Shown here piece after piece: positions 1 to 12,519 of a DNA stretch of 64,000 bases. Position 1 is the first letter of the stretch. Each line of letters opens with the position of its first letter. The translations under genes were made by a program, and so were the position numbers. The stretch comes from the human T2T-CHM13v2.0 reference genome, Homo sapiens, in the NCBI RefSeq assembly GCF_009914755.1, contig NC_060945.1, one strand, 5' to 3'. A model generated the notes under the pieces. The model saw only the letters and a program-made list of their open reading frames with translations, did no database searches and was not told the DNA's origin.

Positions 1-69
1 ATATTTATTCTTTTGTTAATGCTCCTCTGGAAGGTCTTCCTAAAATGTTTCTTTAAAATAGGTACAATT

Positions 70-246
70 GCCAGGCATGGTGGCTTGTGCCTGTAATCAC
101 AGCTACTCAGGAGTCAGAGGCAGGAGGATCTCCAGAGACTAAAAGTTAGATGTTGTGGTGAGTTATGATTGCATCACAGCATTCAGCCTGGGCAACAGCG
201 TGAGAACCTGTTTCAAAATAAATAAATAACTAAATAATAAATAAAA
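70..246 (+). mobile_element. Old Alu monomer (FRAM/FAM-like)
   Basis: Single diverged Alu arm with (TAAA)n tail. Confidence 0.8.
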
Positions 247-504
247 TAGCTAAAATTATTGAAAATTGGCACCACATGTTTATAAAATTCTATATCCTAA
301 AAATACAATAAAACACTCATTTTCCTCTATCTGTGCTTTTATATATTATCAGTTATTTTAATTGTTAACCAGTCAGTAGAAAAAATTTTGTACTGTGATT
401 CAATATCAGTATATTTCATTACTAGATAGAGTAAAAACCTTTGTATGTAATTGTTGGTTGTTCACATCTTTTCCTTTTGTAAATTGCATATATTATAGAG
501 ATTA

Positions 505-700
505 TCTTTTTTTAACTTTTATGCTCGGGGGTACAAATGCAGGTTTGCTGCATAGGTAGATTTGTGTCATGAGGATTTGTAGTACAGTTATTTTATCACC
601 CAGATATTAAGCCTAGTACCCATTAGTTATTCTTCCTGGTCCTCTTTCTTCTCCCACCTTCTACCCTCCAAAAGGTCCCAGTGTGTGTTGTTCCCTTTTT
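505..700 (-). mobile_element. L1P 3' end fragment
   Basis: gggtacaaatgcaggtttg...gcctagtacccattagttat. Confidence 0.8.
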
Positions 701-1990
701 TAAAATAGCTGATACATAATAATTAACTTTTTACAATCCAGGATTTTATTTTAGTCTTGTGTAACTGACTTTTGCAATGGAGGAAAGAGTTAATATTTTT
801 ATAAAATAAAGTCAATCAATAACTTAGAGTGATTGGATTTTACATTTTCAGTAGGCAGGTCACTCCTAGAATTTTAGCAATGTTAATATTTATTTTCTTA
901 TGTTTAGATATTTATTACCCCTGAAAATCATGGTTGTTACTGGAAGAAAAAAATATTTTTTCACACACACACACAAAAATACATAAACACAAACACTTTC
1001 TCAAAATGCTGGACAGTTCTTACATTATGTACCAAAATGTCCATCTTTTTTCCCCCTGGAATTTCTGTATTAATTAATTTTCTGTCCTATGATAGTGCCG
1101 TAGTTTTAAATCTCTCATCTCATTTCACTGTTTCAGTTTTTAATTCATTCCTAATATGTATATAGTAAAGTGCACTAATCCTACATATACAACTTAATGG
1201 ATTTTTATATATGTATACACTCATATAACCATTAGCTAGATCAAAATACAAAACATTTCCTCCACCCAGAAGATTCCACTGTGCCCTTTCTTATCCAATA
1301 CTCTCCTGCCCAGAGGTACCACTATTCTCACTTTTATTACTGATTAGTTTGTTCTTTTTTTGAACTTCCCATAACTAAATAAATAACAACATATGATGAG
1401 TATATTTTGTACCGATATGCATGTTGTTTCATTTTTGATACATAATTTTTTATTGATTTTTAAATCTGGTGTTCCAAACTGCCATAATGAAAGCATTGAT
1501 ACCCATTTGCACAATAAGTTAATAATTATGAAATACTATACAAAATATAGCAACCTCCGTCATTCTAGAGCACTAACTTGTATTGAGAATCAGAACTGTG
1601 TACAGGACTAAACACAAATTTTCAATCCTGCACAATCTCACCAAGAATCTTTCAGCTTTACCTTTCTAAAAGTTGATTTAATTTGGCATGACTGCAATAG
1701 AAATTAAAATGTTTAACCTTTAAATTTGTTAATCCATTAAATGGGATAATTTATGCAAATAATGAGCAGAGCCCCAACCTATATCTTAGTAAAAATGGAA
1801 TCACTTCCCTCTTATTTTCATTTTTCACCAGAGGAATGATCACCAACTTCTCTGCCCAGTCACTGGTTGGGCAAGTTGGGTTGGAACTGCTAATGGATTG
1901 ACTTTTTCACTCCAGGGAGGAAGGAATAGACAGCAATACAGTATTTTCACTTCCGTTTGCTTTCAGAAAGCCTGCACTTGGGGGCTGGGA

Positions 1991-2332
1991 GATACTTCAC
2001 TAGTCTCATATTGATCTATAAAGTGTGATCCCTACGTTGATCGTTGGTAGTTCTGCTACATTTAAGAGTAGCAAATGAATTAATATGTACTATTATCTGT
2101 TTATATTTTATTCTGATTGCTTTATCATAATTAATGACTAATCATTAATAATATTTAATAAGTGGATGGAATAAACATGATAAATTATCACAGGGAGTTT
2201 CATAGAAAGTCAGCTCTCATAATTAAGACCTATCACCAGAATGCATTTGGGCCAGAAATGTGGTTTGCAAGATGTTATTCTATCCAAGTCACCACTTTAA
2301 AAAATAGTAACAGGAATTCTGCTAGAAGATGA
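1991..2332 (+). repeat. Left arm of ~340-bp inverted duplication
   Basis: Reverse complement of 4127-4470, e.g. tatccaagtcaccactttaaaaaatagtaacaggaattctgctagaagatga. Confidence 0.95.
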
Positions 2333-2775
2333 TCAGAGTTAGAAAAACTCAAAAGAGTCACTTAGATCTCTAAATGAGGTGATCTTTGCTGTGGAAACAC
2401 AGGATTATCAGGCATACCAACCAGCTTCATATAGAGGATTCTTATCTATAAGAGTGAGTGAAAAGAGGTCAGAGTACTCAATGCAGGGCTGGAGTTGTAT
2501 CAGTACAGAAGCACATGTTTAAATGTAGACTATTAGGAGAGAGAAAATTGCAGTAGAAAATAGCTTGGTGGGTAATAGTGCTACTGGTTTTGCCAATTAC
2601 CTAGGTCAAACATTGAATTTTTCTAAAATGAAACTTGCATTAGATCAATATAGAGAACAGTATTCTTGAAACTGAACTTGAAATTACTTTTATACAAACA
2701 TTTTTGGAAAAACATCAGTCATGAGTTGCCTGTTTTGTCACATCACTGACTAAAATAGCCACAGGTAGCAATTTC

Positions 2776-2813
2776 ACTCTCTCTTTCTATTTCTCCCTTT
2801 CTCTCTCTCTCTC

Positions 2814-2850
<37 letters not shown>
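2776..2850. repeat. (CT)n/(CA)n compound microsatellite
   Basis: Direct reading. Confidence 0.95.
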
Positions 2851-2852
<2 letters not shown>

Positions 2853-3173
2853 TACACAAATGATAAAGAGAAATGAATATATATGATAAGCAATACATAT
2901 TGTGAAAGTGATTATATTTATTAAAATGCAAATTTATAAGTTTTCCTGCATGGAAATTGTTAATATTATAACAGACATAAACACATAAAACTAACAAAAT
3001 ATCAAAGGATTTTCCCACTAACTGGTAGGAAATTCCACTAATCCAATGCAAATATGACCTGTGGTAATCAATAATTAGAGTTAGTTAAAATTGGAGAGAC
3101 AATAACGAATCCATAAATAACCCTGTTGATGCAATTAGTGCATCACAAGAAAATGGCTCAAAGTGATCAGCAA

Positions 3174-3311
3174 TCAGAATTTCTTTCTAGGAGCCAATAG
3201 GAATCTTCCATAGGAGCACGGAAAGTTGCAGGCATATCCAGAGTTACCATATTCAGAGCCATAGCTGCAACCATAGTCCAGGCTACCATAATAGTTGTGG
3301 TAGTAGCACAT
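3174..3311 (-). CDS. KRTAP22-2: Keratin-associated protein 22-2 (45 aa)
   Basis: Hand translation MCYYHNYYGSLDYGCSYGSEYGNSGYACNFPCSYGRFLLAPRKKF*; family-type 'ctgacaccATG' context; GATAAAA at 3386-3392(-); AATAAA at 2917-2922(-). Confidence 0.9.
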   Translation of the reverse strand: MCYYHNYYGSLDYGCSYGSEYGNSGYACNFPCSYGRFLLAPRKKF

Positions 3312-4126
3312 GGTGTCAGAAGATGGAGTTCAATTGAGGCAGATAGTAGTTTCTGAAATTTGACTCTCCTGATTTGTACAAATTATTTTATCCAACCTGA
3401 GTTATATGTGAAGGAAACCACAATCTACATTGGACTCATTCTCACAACTAATTTGCATTAAGATTAAAAAAACCCTCAAGAATCTCTTAGCCATATGTCC
3501 AGGAAAATATTAATATTGCTATGTGTCAGGATGCCAACAAGTAAAATCATGAGCCTTAAGGAGATATTCTCTTAATTTTGTGGCTTTTGCTTACTTAAAA
3601 TCCCAATTTAAACTTGATGATTAGCTTCTCTGTGATCACATTAAGCTTATATTTCCTGCCTCTTGAAACATTTCTTTTTTCTTTTTCAATATCCTCCTCT
3701 ACCTCCATAAATGCAGTCCTTAAACCACAGAGTGGCCAGGAATGGTTAGGGAAGGTTGGCTATGCAGTGAGGAAGCCGATGAAAATGTCTTTATTTACTT
3801 GCAAATATGCCTGTATGTTTTGACTAATTTATTTCTTAATCAATGGGACTAAAAATTTTCTTCCAAGTTCATATGTAGCTTATGTTCTTGGAGTAGTAAA
3901 GTTTTTTCTCTTCCATCATCCTCACTTTGGTTATATTATTAGTTGTGGTGTTCTCTTTGCATCTGAGAAAGCAATTAGAAACAATTACCCACCGTATCTC
4001 AAAATTCATGTTTTCCTCTCCTGACACATAATATTCACATATTTTACCTTCTTTTTATATTTAATGAATTTGCTTATTTTAAAATATATTAATTCCAAAT
4101 TTCCAAAAGTATTGTAAAAATACTTT

Positions 4127-4470
4127 TCATCTTCTAGCAGAATTCCTGTTACTATTTTTTAAAGTGGTGACTTGGATAGAATAACATCAGCAAACCACAT
4201 TTCTGGCCCAAATGCATTCTGGTGATAGCCTTAATTATGAGAGCTGACTTTCTATGAAGCTCCCTGTGATAATTTGTCACGTTTATTCCATCCACTTATT
4301 AAATATTATTAATGAATTATTAGTCATTTATTATGATAAAGCAATTAGAATAAAATATAAACAAATAATAGTACATATTAATTCATTTGCTACTCTTAAA
4401 TGTAGCAGAACTACCAATGATCAACCTAGGGATCATACTTTGTAGATCAATGTGAGACTGGCAAAGTATC
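4127..4470 (-). repeat. Right arm of ~340-bp inverted duplication
   Basis: Reverse complement of 1991-2332 with scattered substitutions and small indels. Confidence 0.95.
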
Positions 4471-4759
4471 ATATCAATAAGAGGCAAGTAGAACATTTAG
4501 TCAGAATTTCGGAACTGCACACAGTAGTTCATAAACTTTAGTGGATATATACCACCACCTTAACAATCGGAAAAGGCATGGATTCTCAAACCAGAAAAAA
4601 ATCACCATGATAAATTCCTCCACTGGTTTGCATATGATCCAAAAGGATCCCAGAGTACATGAATTTATCCCCAGTTACCCCAAGCATAGAACAAAGATTG
4701 TGATTATTCTACACAGAATTTGAGTATAGAAAGTTGCATCATGTCATTCATTTGGTTAT

Positions 4760-5280
4760 TTTTTCACTAATTCATCAAATCTTTATTAAGAATCTGCTGT
4801 ATCAGGCACCGTTATAAGAAATGCAGATTGAGCAGATGAACAAAATAGACAAAGTCTCTACTTTCTGCAGGTTACAATGAGACAGAAGGGATAGAGAGAC
4901 TGATTTTAAAAATGAATGAAATAGATTCTAACAGTGAAGAATCCTGTGAGAATAATAAAACTCAGTGAGTTACATTAAGTTCAGTTACTGGAGGTAGACT
5001 AATTAATATAAGGTGGCCATTAAAAGTCTCTCTGGGAAGTGAACATTTCAATTGAAATAGAAAATGAGTCAAATATTCCTGGTATTATTTTAAGAAAGAG
5101 AAATCAGTAAGTGCAGAGGCCAGGGCCTTATTGTGAGAAGAAACCTGCTGCATTTTAAAAGACAAAAAGCCAGCAGAGTTTGAGCATTATAGATAAATGG
5201 AGGAGAGTAGCAGGATATGAAATCAGAGAGATACGTAAGGGCCAGAACTTCTCAGCACAATGAAAGGCCTTTAGAGATAT
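4760..5280 (-). mobile_element. L2-like fragment
   Basis: ttcatcaaatctttattaagaatctgctgtatcaggcac...gaacaaaatagacaaagtctct, typical of an antisense L2 3' end. Confidence 0.65.
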
Positions 5281-5310
5281 TTTTGCAGGGGCACGCTATG
5301 TTCTGATTCA

Positions 5311-5330
5311 CTGAGGCATATAAAAGGCCC
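5311..5330 (+). promoter_or_regulatory. KRTAP6-3 TATA box
   Basis: ctgaggcaTATAAAAgg, identical in all three KAP6 genes, ~85 nt upstream of the conserved ATG. Confidence 0.85.
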
Positions 5331-5403
5331 TCTGCGGAGAAGTGTCCATACTGAAGTCACCTACACTCCTTCCTACCCAAGGATGACCTCAACAACCAAC
5401 ACC

Positions 5404-5715
5404 ATGTGTGGCAGCTACTACAGAAACTACAATGGTGGCCATGGCTATGGGTGCTGTGGCTACGGAGGCCTGGGCTGTGGTTATGGCGGCTGTGGCTATG
5501 GGTGCTGTGGCTACGGAGGCCTGGGCTTTGGCTCTGGAGGCCTGGACTGTGGCTATGGAGGCCTGGGCTGTGGCTATGGCTCCTTCTGTGGCTGTGGCTA
5601 CAGAGGCCTGGACTGTGGCTATGGCTGTGGCTATGGCTATGTCTCCCACTCCTTCTGTGGCTGTGGCTATAGGTGCGGCTCTGGCTATGGCTCCAGCTTT
5701 GGCTACTACTATTGA
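5404..5715 (+). CDS. KRTAP6-3: Keratin-associated protein 6-3 (103 aa; 110 aa if the in-frame ATG at 5383 is used)
   Basis: Gly/Tyr/Cys ORF MCGSYYRNY...GYYY*; TATAAAA 5319-5325; AATAAA 5996-6001. Confidence 0.95.
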   Translation: MCGSYYRNYNGGHGYGCCGYGGLGCGYGGCGYGCCGYGGLGFGSGGLDCGYGGLGCGYGSFCGCGYRGLDCGYGCGYGYVSHSFCGCGYRCGSGYGSSFGYYY

Positions 5716-5995
5716 GGACACCATGGGAGACTCTCACCCTCTATCCTGTGACATTGCAATTCACCAATTCTGAAGCCCACATGCTCTGAGCCTTTCCCTT
5801 GATTGATGATATCCTGCAGTGGAAGTCTAATATGATCTGTTGTTGATCTACCATCTAACCCAAAAATACCCTGAGTTTCCATCATGAAGTGGGATAAGGT
5901 GAAGTTCACCTGTCACTTCTCCTTTTATCAGGATGATGGTGTCACAGTGACTCCTTTGATGACTTTCATGCTGTAGTTTGTTTCTCTGCTGACCT

Positions 5996-6001
5996 AATAA
6001 A
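5996..6001 (+). terminator. Poly(A) signal of KRTAP6-3
   Basis: AATAAA followed by GT/T-rich sequence; same position in KRTAP6-1. Confidence 0.8.
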
Positions 6002-6084
6002 CACATTTAATCCACAAGAGAAATCTTGGTGTTTGTATCTTATTTATTGTCCAAAATTTTTTTCTTTGATTTTTTGCTTTTATC

Positions 6085-7830
6085 GTTATTTTTTTCAACT
6101 CTTATTTTAGGTTCAAGGGTTATATGTGTATATTTGTTACATGGGTGAATTGCATGCCACTGAGGTAATATGTGAAAGGTAGTTTTTCAACCCTTACCAC
6201 CCCCCACCATCCCCACTCCAAGAGTCCCAGTGTCTATTGCTTTCATGTTTATATACATGTGCACTCAATTTTTAGCTCCTACTTATAAGTGAAAACCTGT
6301 GGTATTTGATTTTCTGTTCCTGCATTAATGTGCTTAGGATAATCACCTCCAGCTGCATCCATGGTGCTGCAAAGAATATGATTTCCACTCTTTGTTGTGG
6401 CTACATAGTATTCCATGGTGCACATGAAACACATTATCTTTTGTCAACTATTGTTAGACATCTGGGTTGATTCCATGTCTTTGCTCTTGTGAATAGCACA
6501 GCGATGAACAGACAAGTGCATGTTTCTTTTTGGTAGAACAATTTTTTTTTCTTTGGGTATATACCCAGTAATGGGATTGCTGGGTCAAATGGTAGTTCTG
6601 CTTTAAGTTCTTTGAGAAATCTCCAGATGCTTTCCAGAGTGACTGGAATAATTTAATATTCTCATCACCAGTGTATAAGCATTCTCTTTTCTCCACAACC
6701 TCACCAACACGTTTTAGTTTTTGACTTTTTTAATAGTAACTATTTTGACTGGTCACTAATGTTATGCATTAACATATATATTTGTTATATATAACAAATA
6801 TATGACAAATATATATGTAACACATATATAATTTATATATGTATTTGTTGTATATAACAAATATATAAAAATATATTTGTTGGCTGATTTTATAGTCTTT
6901 TGAGAAGTGCCTGCTCATGCCTTTTGCCCATGTTTTAAGGGGTTATTTGGTTTTTGCTTGTTGATTTGCTTAGGATCCCTATGGATTCTGGATATTAGAC
7001 TTTTGTTGGATGCAGAGTTTGTAAATAATTCCTCCCATTCTGTAGCTATATGTTTACTCTGTAGACAGTTTCTTTTGCTGTGCAGAAGCACTTTAGTTTA
7101 ATTAGGTCCACTTCTGTTTTTGTTGCAATTGCTTTTGAGAACTTAGCCAAAAATTATTTGCCAAAGCCTATGTCCAGAATCATATTTCCTAGGTTTTCTT
7201 CTAGGATTTTTATAGTTTTAGGTCTCACATTTAGATCTTTAACCCATCTTGAGTTAATTTTTGTATATGGAGGAATGTAGGTCACCAATTTAAATTTTCT
7301 GCATGTGGTTAGTCAGTTATCCCATCACCATTTATTGAATAGGAAGTCCTTTCCCCATTGCTTGGTCATTATCAACTTTGTCGAAGTTTAGATGGTTGTA
7401 GGTGTGTGGCTTTATTTCTGTGTTGTCTATCCTATTACATTGGTCTATGCATCAATTTTTATACCAGTATCATGCTGTTTTGGTTACTATATCCTTCCAG
7501 CATAGTTTGAAGTTGGGTAGTGTGATGCCTCTAGCTTGGTTATTTTTCCTTAGAAAAGAAAGGAAAGGCTCTTCTTTGATTCCACATAAATTTTAGAGTA
7601 GATTTTCCTTATTCTGTGAAAAATGATTTTAGTAGTTTTATAGAAGTGACATTGAGTCTGTAGATTGCTTTTGGCAGTATGGACGTATTAATGATACTGA
7701 TTCTTCCCATACAAGAGCATGCAATGTTTTTTCATTTGTTTGTATCACTTATTATTTCTTTCAGCAATATTTTGCGAGATCTTTCACCTTCTTGATTAAA
7801 TGTGTTCCCAGATATTTTATTTTGTAGGTT
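6085..7830 (-). mobile_element. L1 (older L1P) 3' portion with internal TA-rich tract at ~6770-6880
   Basis: Antisense L1 3'UTR and ORF2 end (gggtatatacccagtaatgggattgctgggtcaaatgg). Confidence 0.9.
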
Positions 7831-7904
7831 GTAAATCTGTTTGTCCTACACGATGGGTCATAATAATTGGATAAAAGCAGCGTTTTCAGGTATACACTGA
7901 AAGT

Positions 7905-8392
7905 TTCAGGGTCTCACAATGAAGCAATCAAGGTGTTGGTCAGGTCTGCAGTTTTATTTGAGGTTCTCCTGAGGAAGGACCCACTTCCGAGCGCATGTAC
8001 TTGTTGGCTGAATTCAGTTCCTTGTGGTTGAATAATTGCAGGTCTCAGCCCTGACTGTTGGCTGCGGGTGTTTGCATGCTGTCTGCTGGAGAACCCAAGA
8101 GGCTTCCTTAGTTCCCTACAATGTGGGTTGCTAAATATGGTCATTTGCTTTCTCAAATCAAAGAATAGAGGGAGAGAGAGATTCTAACAAGATGGATGCT
8201 GCAATCTTTTGTGGCAATAACATACAATCATATATATATACATGTATCTGCATATTCAGTCACCTTTACTATATGCTATTTGGTTGAACCAAGTCACAGG
8301 CCTTGCTCACACTCAAGGACAGGAGATCACATGAGGGCATTGAACATCAATGAATAGAAACCATGGAGCCACCTTAGTAGTCTGCCCACCAC
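7905..8392 (-). mobile_element. MLT1-type MaLR LTR
   Basis: aatcaaggtgttggtcagg...aagtcacagg...cacactcaagg...gtctgcccaccac. Confidence 0.7.
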
Positions 8393-8844
8393 TGAAATAA
8401 ATGTTGTACATCCTTCATCATAGAAATTATGATGGTAGACTTTCCTGATAAATATGAATCTGGGGCATTTTTACAAGACATTTCTTTAATGATTTTCTGT
8501 ATTTTTTCTAAGGAAATTAGTCCCTTTGTCAATTTCTAAATCCAGAGTTATCAGTTTTGGTAATATGCATCCCCCTAGATTTTTTTTTACAACTAGGTTT
8601 TCAAATTTATGTTCATGAAGATCTGTGAAGTATTCTCGTATAATTTTTAAAGTTTCTTCTGTTTCAGTATTTGTTTCTTGCTTTTGTATGTGCTTTTTCT
8701 CTTTTTTCTTAAGAACATTAGCAAGTGGTTTATAAATGTTAATTATTTCAAATAACAGTGTTTGGAATCATCTTAAAGTGTATTTTTGTTTTCAAATTTC
8801 CATGGATTTTTAATTTTTACTATTATCTTACTTGAAAATCTGTT

Positions 8845-9062
8845 AATGCAGTAGATATTATGTTACATGTTCTTATCACAAAACAAAGCAATAATAATAG
8901 AGAGTGTGGGAGGAAACTTTTGGTCGTCATGGATATGTTTATAACATAGATTGAGATGATGCCTTCACAGATGTATATTTATCTCCAAACTCACCATATG
9001 GTATATATTAAGTACATACAGCTTATTATATGTCAATAATACTTCAATAAAGTGGTTTAAAG
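8845..9062 (+). mobile_element. L1M 3' terminus
   Basis: agtagat...tgttcttatcacaaa...tacttcaataaag. Confidence 0.7.
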
Positions 9063-10314
9063 ACTCTTAGTATAATACATCTAAAAACTATTGTAATATT
9101 TAAAAATAAATTATAGTATTTGCCATAAGTCTACATATAGTATAAAATGGATATTAATCCATTAAATAAAAATAATAATCTTGAGAGTATTTCTTCTTGA
9201 CATATTGACAAGATTGGATGAGAAAAAATGCCAATAGATTAGAATTTTATATAAGAAAGATAAACACCTAGGGAGAAGATTGAAGGAATTTGAAGTAGAA
9301 CATCACCAACGTGTAACCAGGATCCGTCACAACAAACATGTACAGAAAGGCCTGTTACATGGTATTGGAAATGACTACCTTCACTTGCTCACACTAGATG
9401 ATCACCCTTGAAAGTGATGGGTATTGCTAAACAGGCAAAATAAAATTAGAAGTATTAACACTTTTTCTTTACAATTGTTTGTATGCAAAAGATTTAGCAT
9501 ATCTACGCAAAAGTTCTGATGGAACAAATCTTTATCCTAAGTAGTAGATCATTCTTTTTAAGGGTAAAACCATATGAAATAAGTAGCTATGAAAATCAAA
9601 GGATCAGTCTAGGCACTCACAATGAGCCTACTTTTCAAAAATAGTACTGTTGCAAAAGGAAGAAAACCTCTTCAACACATTTTTTTCAAATTCTAAAATG
9701 TATAATATTTGAGAGCCCTGAAATGCATAGAGCTACAGCAACTATATAAGCAATTATTAAAATCTAAAAAGAGGCAATAGGTATTTGTCATGATAAAGTT
9801 AATTTAAAGAAAAAAATGCTGAAGGGACAAAAGTTAATAAGAGATGAGATGGGGAAAAGGGATTGAGAAATTTTCCTAGAATTTGGAGAAAAGGCATAAA
9901 AAGATTGTGCCAAAAAGTAAGAGATGTGCATGAAAGATTATAAACGTCTAATGTGTGAGCTGAAATTTCGTAAATAGAGTGGTCAGTATAAATTTAAAAA
10001 GCAGAGAAAAGTGGAATGGAAGATTTTCGTTGGGTAAAGAGGTAAAAAACAAAATTGTTCTTCAGATAATTTTAATTTAAGTCAATAACATTAAATAACA
10101 GTAATAACTAAGCCTATCCCGGGAGATAACTTTGCATTTAGTGGTTAAACAATCCCTGCAATTATCTAGAGTCAAAGAAAATAAATACTTTAGATGAATC
10201 TACAAAGAGACAACAAACAGGTGGGTATGAAATATCTCTTTTGCCACACCTGCCAATGAGAAAGTTACTCCATTCTCTTTACTTCTATCTATTCAGCTCT
10301 AAAATGGGGATAAG

Positions 10315-10921
<607 letters not shown>

Positions 10922-11625
10922 TAACACATCATGCATTCATTCTGAGGCTCATTTGAGATGATGTACGTTAAAAACTTGGCACAGTGATTGCTCTATGCTA
11001 AACGGCTAATAAATGCTACTTAATTATGGTTATTTAGATTATAAATTATTTATGTAGAGTTGTGATATGAACTACATAGAACAAGTTTGACAGTAAATGA
11101 TTTTCATACGCAAATAATCAACCCATAAATGATGCACGGTTTTCTGCTCTGTTCATGCTCGGTTTTCTATTCTATTGAAGCAGTGATAACATGGGTTACG
11201 TTGAGACATTGTTAGGTTAACATAAATTGGGAAGAAAGCTAAAAAGATAAATACTGGATACTAATGAAAAGAAAATCAGGATGGTAATTCCAGATTGAAA
11301 AAGTGTATTAGGAAAACAGAAAATAAGTTCCTGCATGAAAATCAAAAAGCAAGATCTATAACAGCATCATCTTGATGAGAGACCACAGGAGTTCATAGGA
11401 TGAATTTTACATTATTTTAATTTTCATGCATTAAATGCAGAAAAGGAAGTTGAAAATACTAGATCCAGAGGGTACTGGGGGTGGGAGGGTCAGTCTTCAG
11501 ATAAATCACATCAGAAACTTTTAATATAAGATAATCTTCATCCAGCCCCGAGCTCAGAGCATACGGGGTTCAGAATTGGTGAATCCCGATGTCACAGGAT
11601 AGAGGATGAGTCTCCCACGGTGTCC

Positions 11626-11814
11626 TCAATAGTAGTAGCCAGAGCCGCATCCATAGCCACAGCCACAGAAGAAGCGGGAGCCGTAGCCATGACCATAGCC
11701 ACAGCAGGAGCTATAGCCACAGCGCAGGCTTCCATAGCCATAGCCTAGGCCTTCGTATCCACAGCACCCATAGCCATGGTCGCCGTAGTAGTTTCCGTAG
11801 TAGCTGCCGCACAT
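11626..11814 (-). CDS. KRTAP6-2: Keratin-associated protein 6-2 (62 aa)
   Basis: [24 protein letters not shown]...GSGYYY*; TATAAAA 11892-11898(-); 5'UTR homologous to the other KAP6 genes. Confidence 0.95.
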   Translation of the reverse strand: MCGSYYGNYYGDHGYGCCGYEGLGYGYGSLRCGYSSCCGYGHGYGSRFFCGCGYGCGSGYYY

Positions 11815-11889
11815 CGTGATGGTTGTGGAGGTTGTCCTTGGGTAGGAAGGAGTGTAGGTGACTTCAGTATGGATACTTCCTGTAGAAGT

Positions 11890-11906
11890 CCTTTTATATG
11901 CCTCAG
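11890..11906 (-). promoter_or_regulatory. KRTAP6-2 TATA box
   Basis: ctgaggcaTATAAAAgg on the minus strand. Confidence 0.85.
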
Positions 11907-12519
11907 GATGGGAATGATCCAGCAGAGGTAGCATACCACTGGCTAATTTTTTGACTAATATAATTAGTTTGTTTTTTCTCAATTGTAAGATAATGCTGCA
12001 GAGGTATTAAGGAGGCTTGTTTTGTTTGGCCTTGCAATTTGGGCTCCCCTTATCTGATTGAGGGCTCTGATGAAAGGAGACCTCACACACTCACACTCAT
12101 ATAATCCTGCCTCAAACTAGACTTTCTATAGCCATCCTTTACATCAAGAAAGACTTTTGTTAGTTACACTCTTATTTGCTCTAGGCCCCAATTAATTGTA
12201 CTCTTTTGCACAACATTCAGCAAACAATAACTTTGCCCTTTTAGTATTTCTTCTCTCTTTATCCAAATAATACTTTTTTCAGGGATTTAGTGTCTTTTCT
12301 ATACTAAAGCCATGATGTTGATAATAATTCAACTAATTAAAAATTCTAGAAAACCAGATCTGAGAAAAATTTGTTGTATTTTTCTACTTATACCAGTGAG
12401 TCTAATTTTCCTTTATGTTCAACCTCTACGGAAGAACAAGAAAATGTAAGTTATTTTCTTGATTTATAAAAGAATTAATAAGTGACCAAGTCAATGAAAT
12501 GGAACAATAGTTTTATATT

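Noticed and set aside
5357-5773. Overlapping sense and antisense ORFs (SH-, AT-, WL-rich) over KRTAP6-3, and likewise over 6-1, 20-1 and 20-2
   Set aside because: By-product of stop-poor (GGC TAT/TGT)n repeats; no independent promoter or poly(A) evidence.
11815-11982. N-terminal extensions called by the ORF track for KRTAP6-2 (118 aa) and KRTAP20-2 (96 aa, from 48109)
   Set aside because: They use non-ATG starts at or upstream of the TATA box, outside the expected mRNA.
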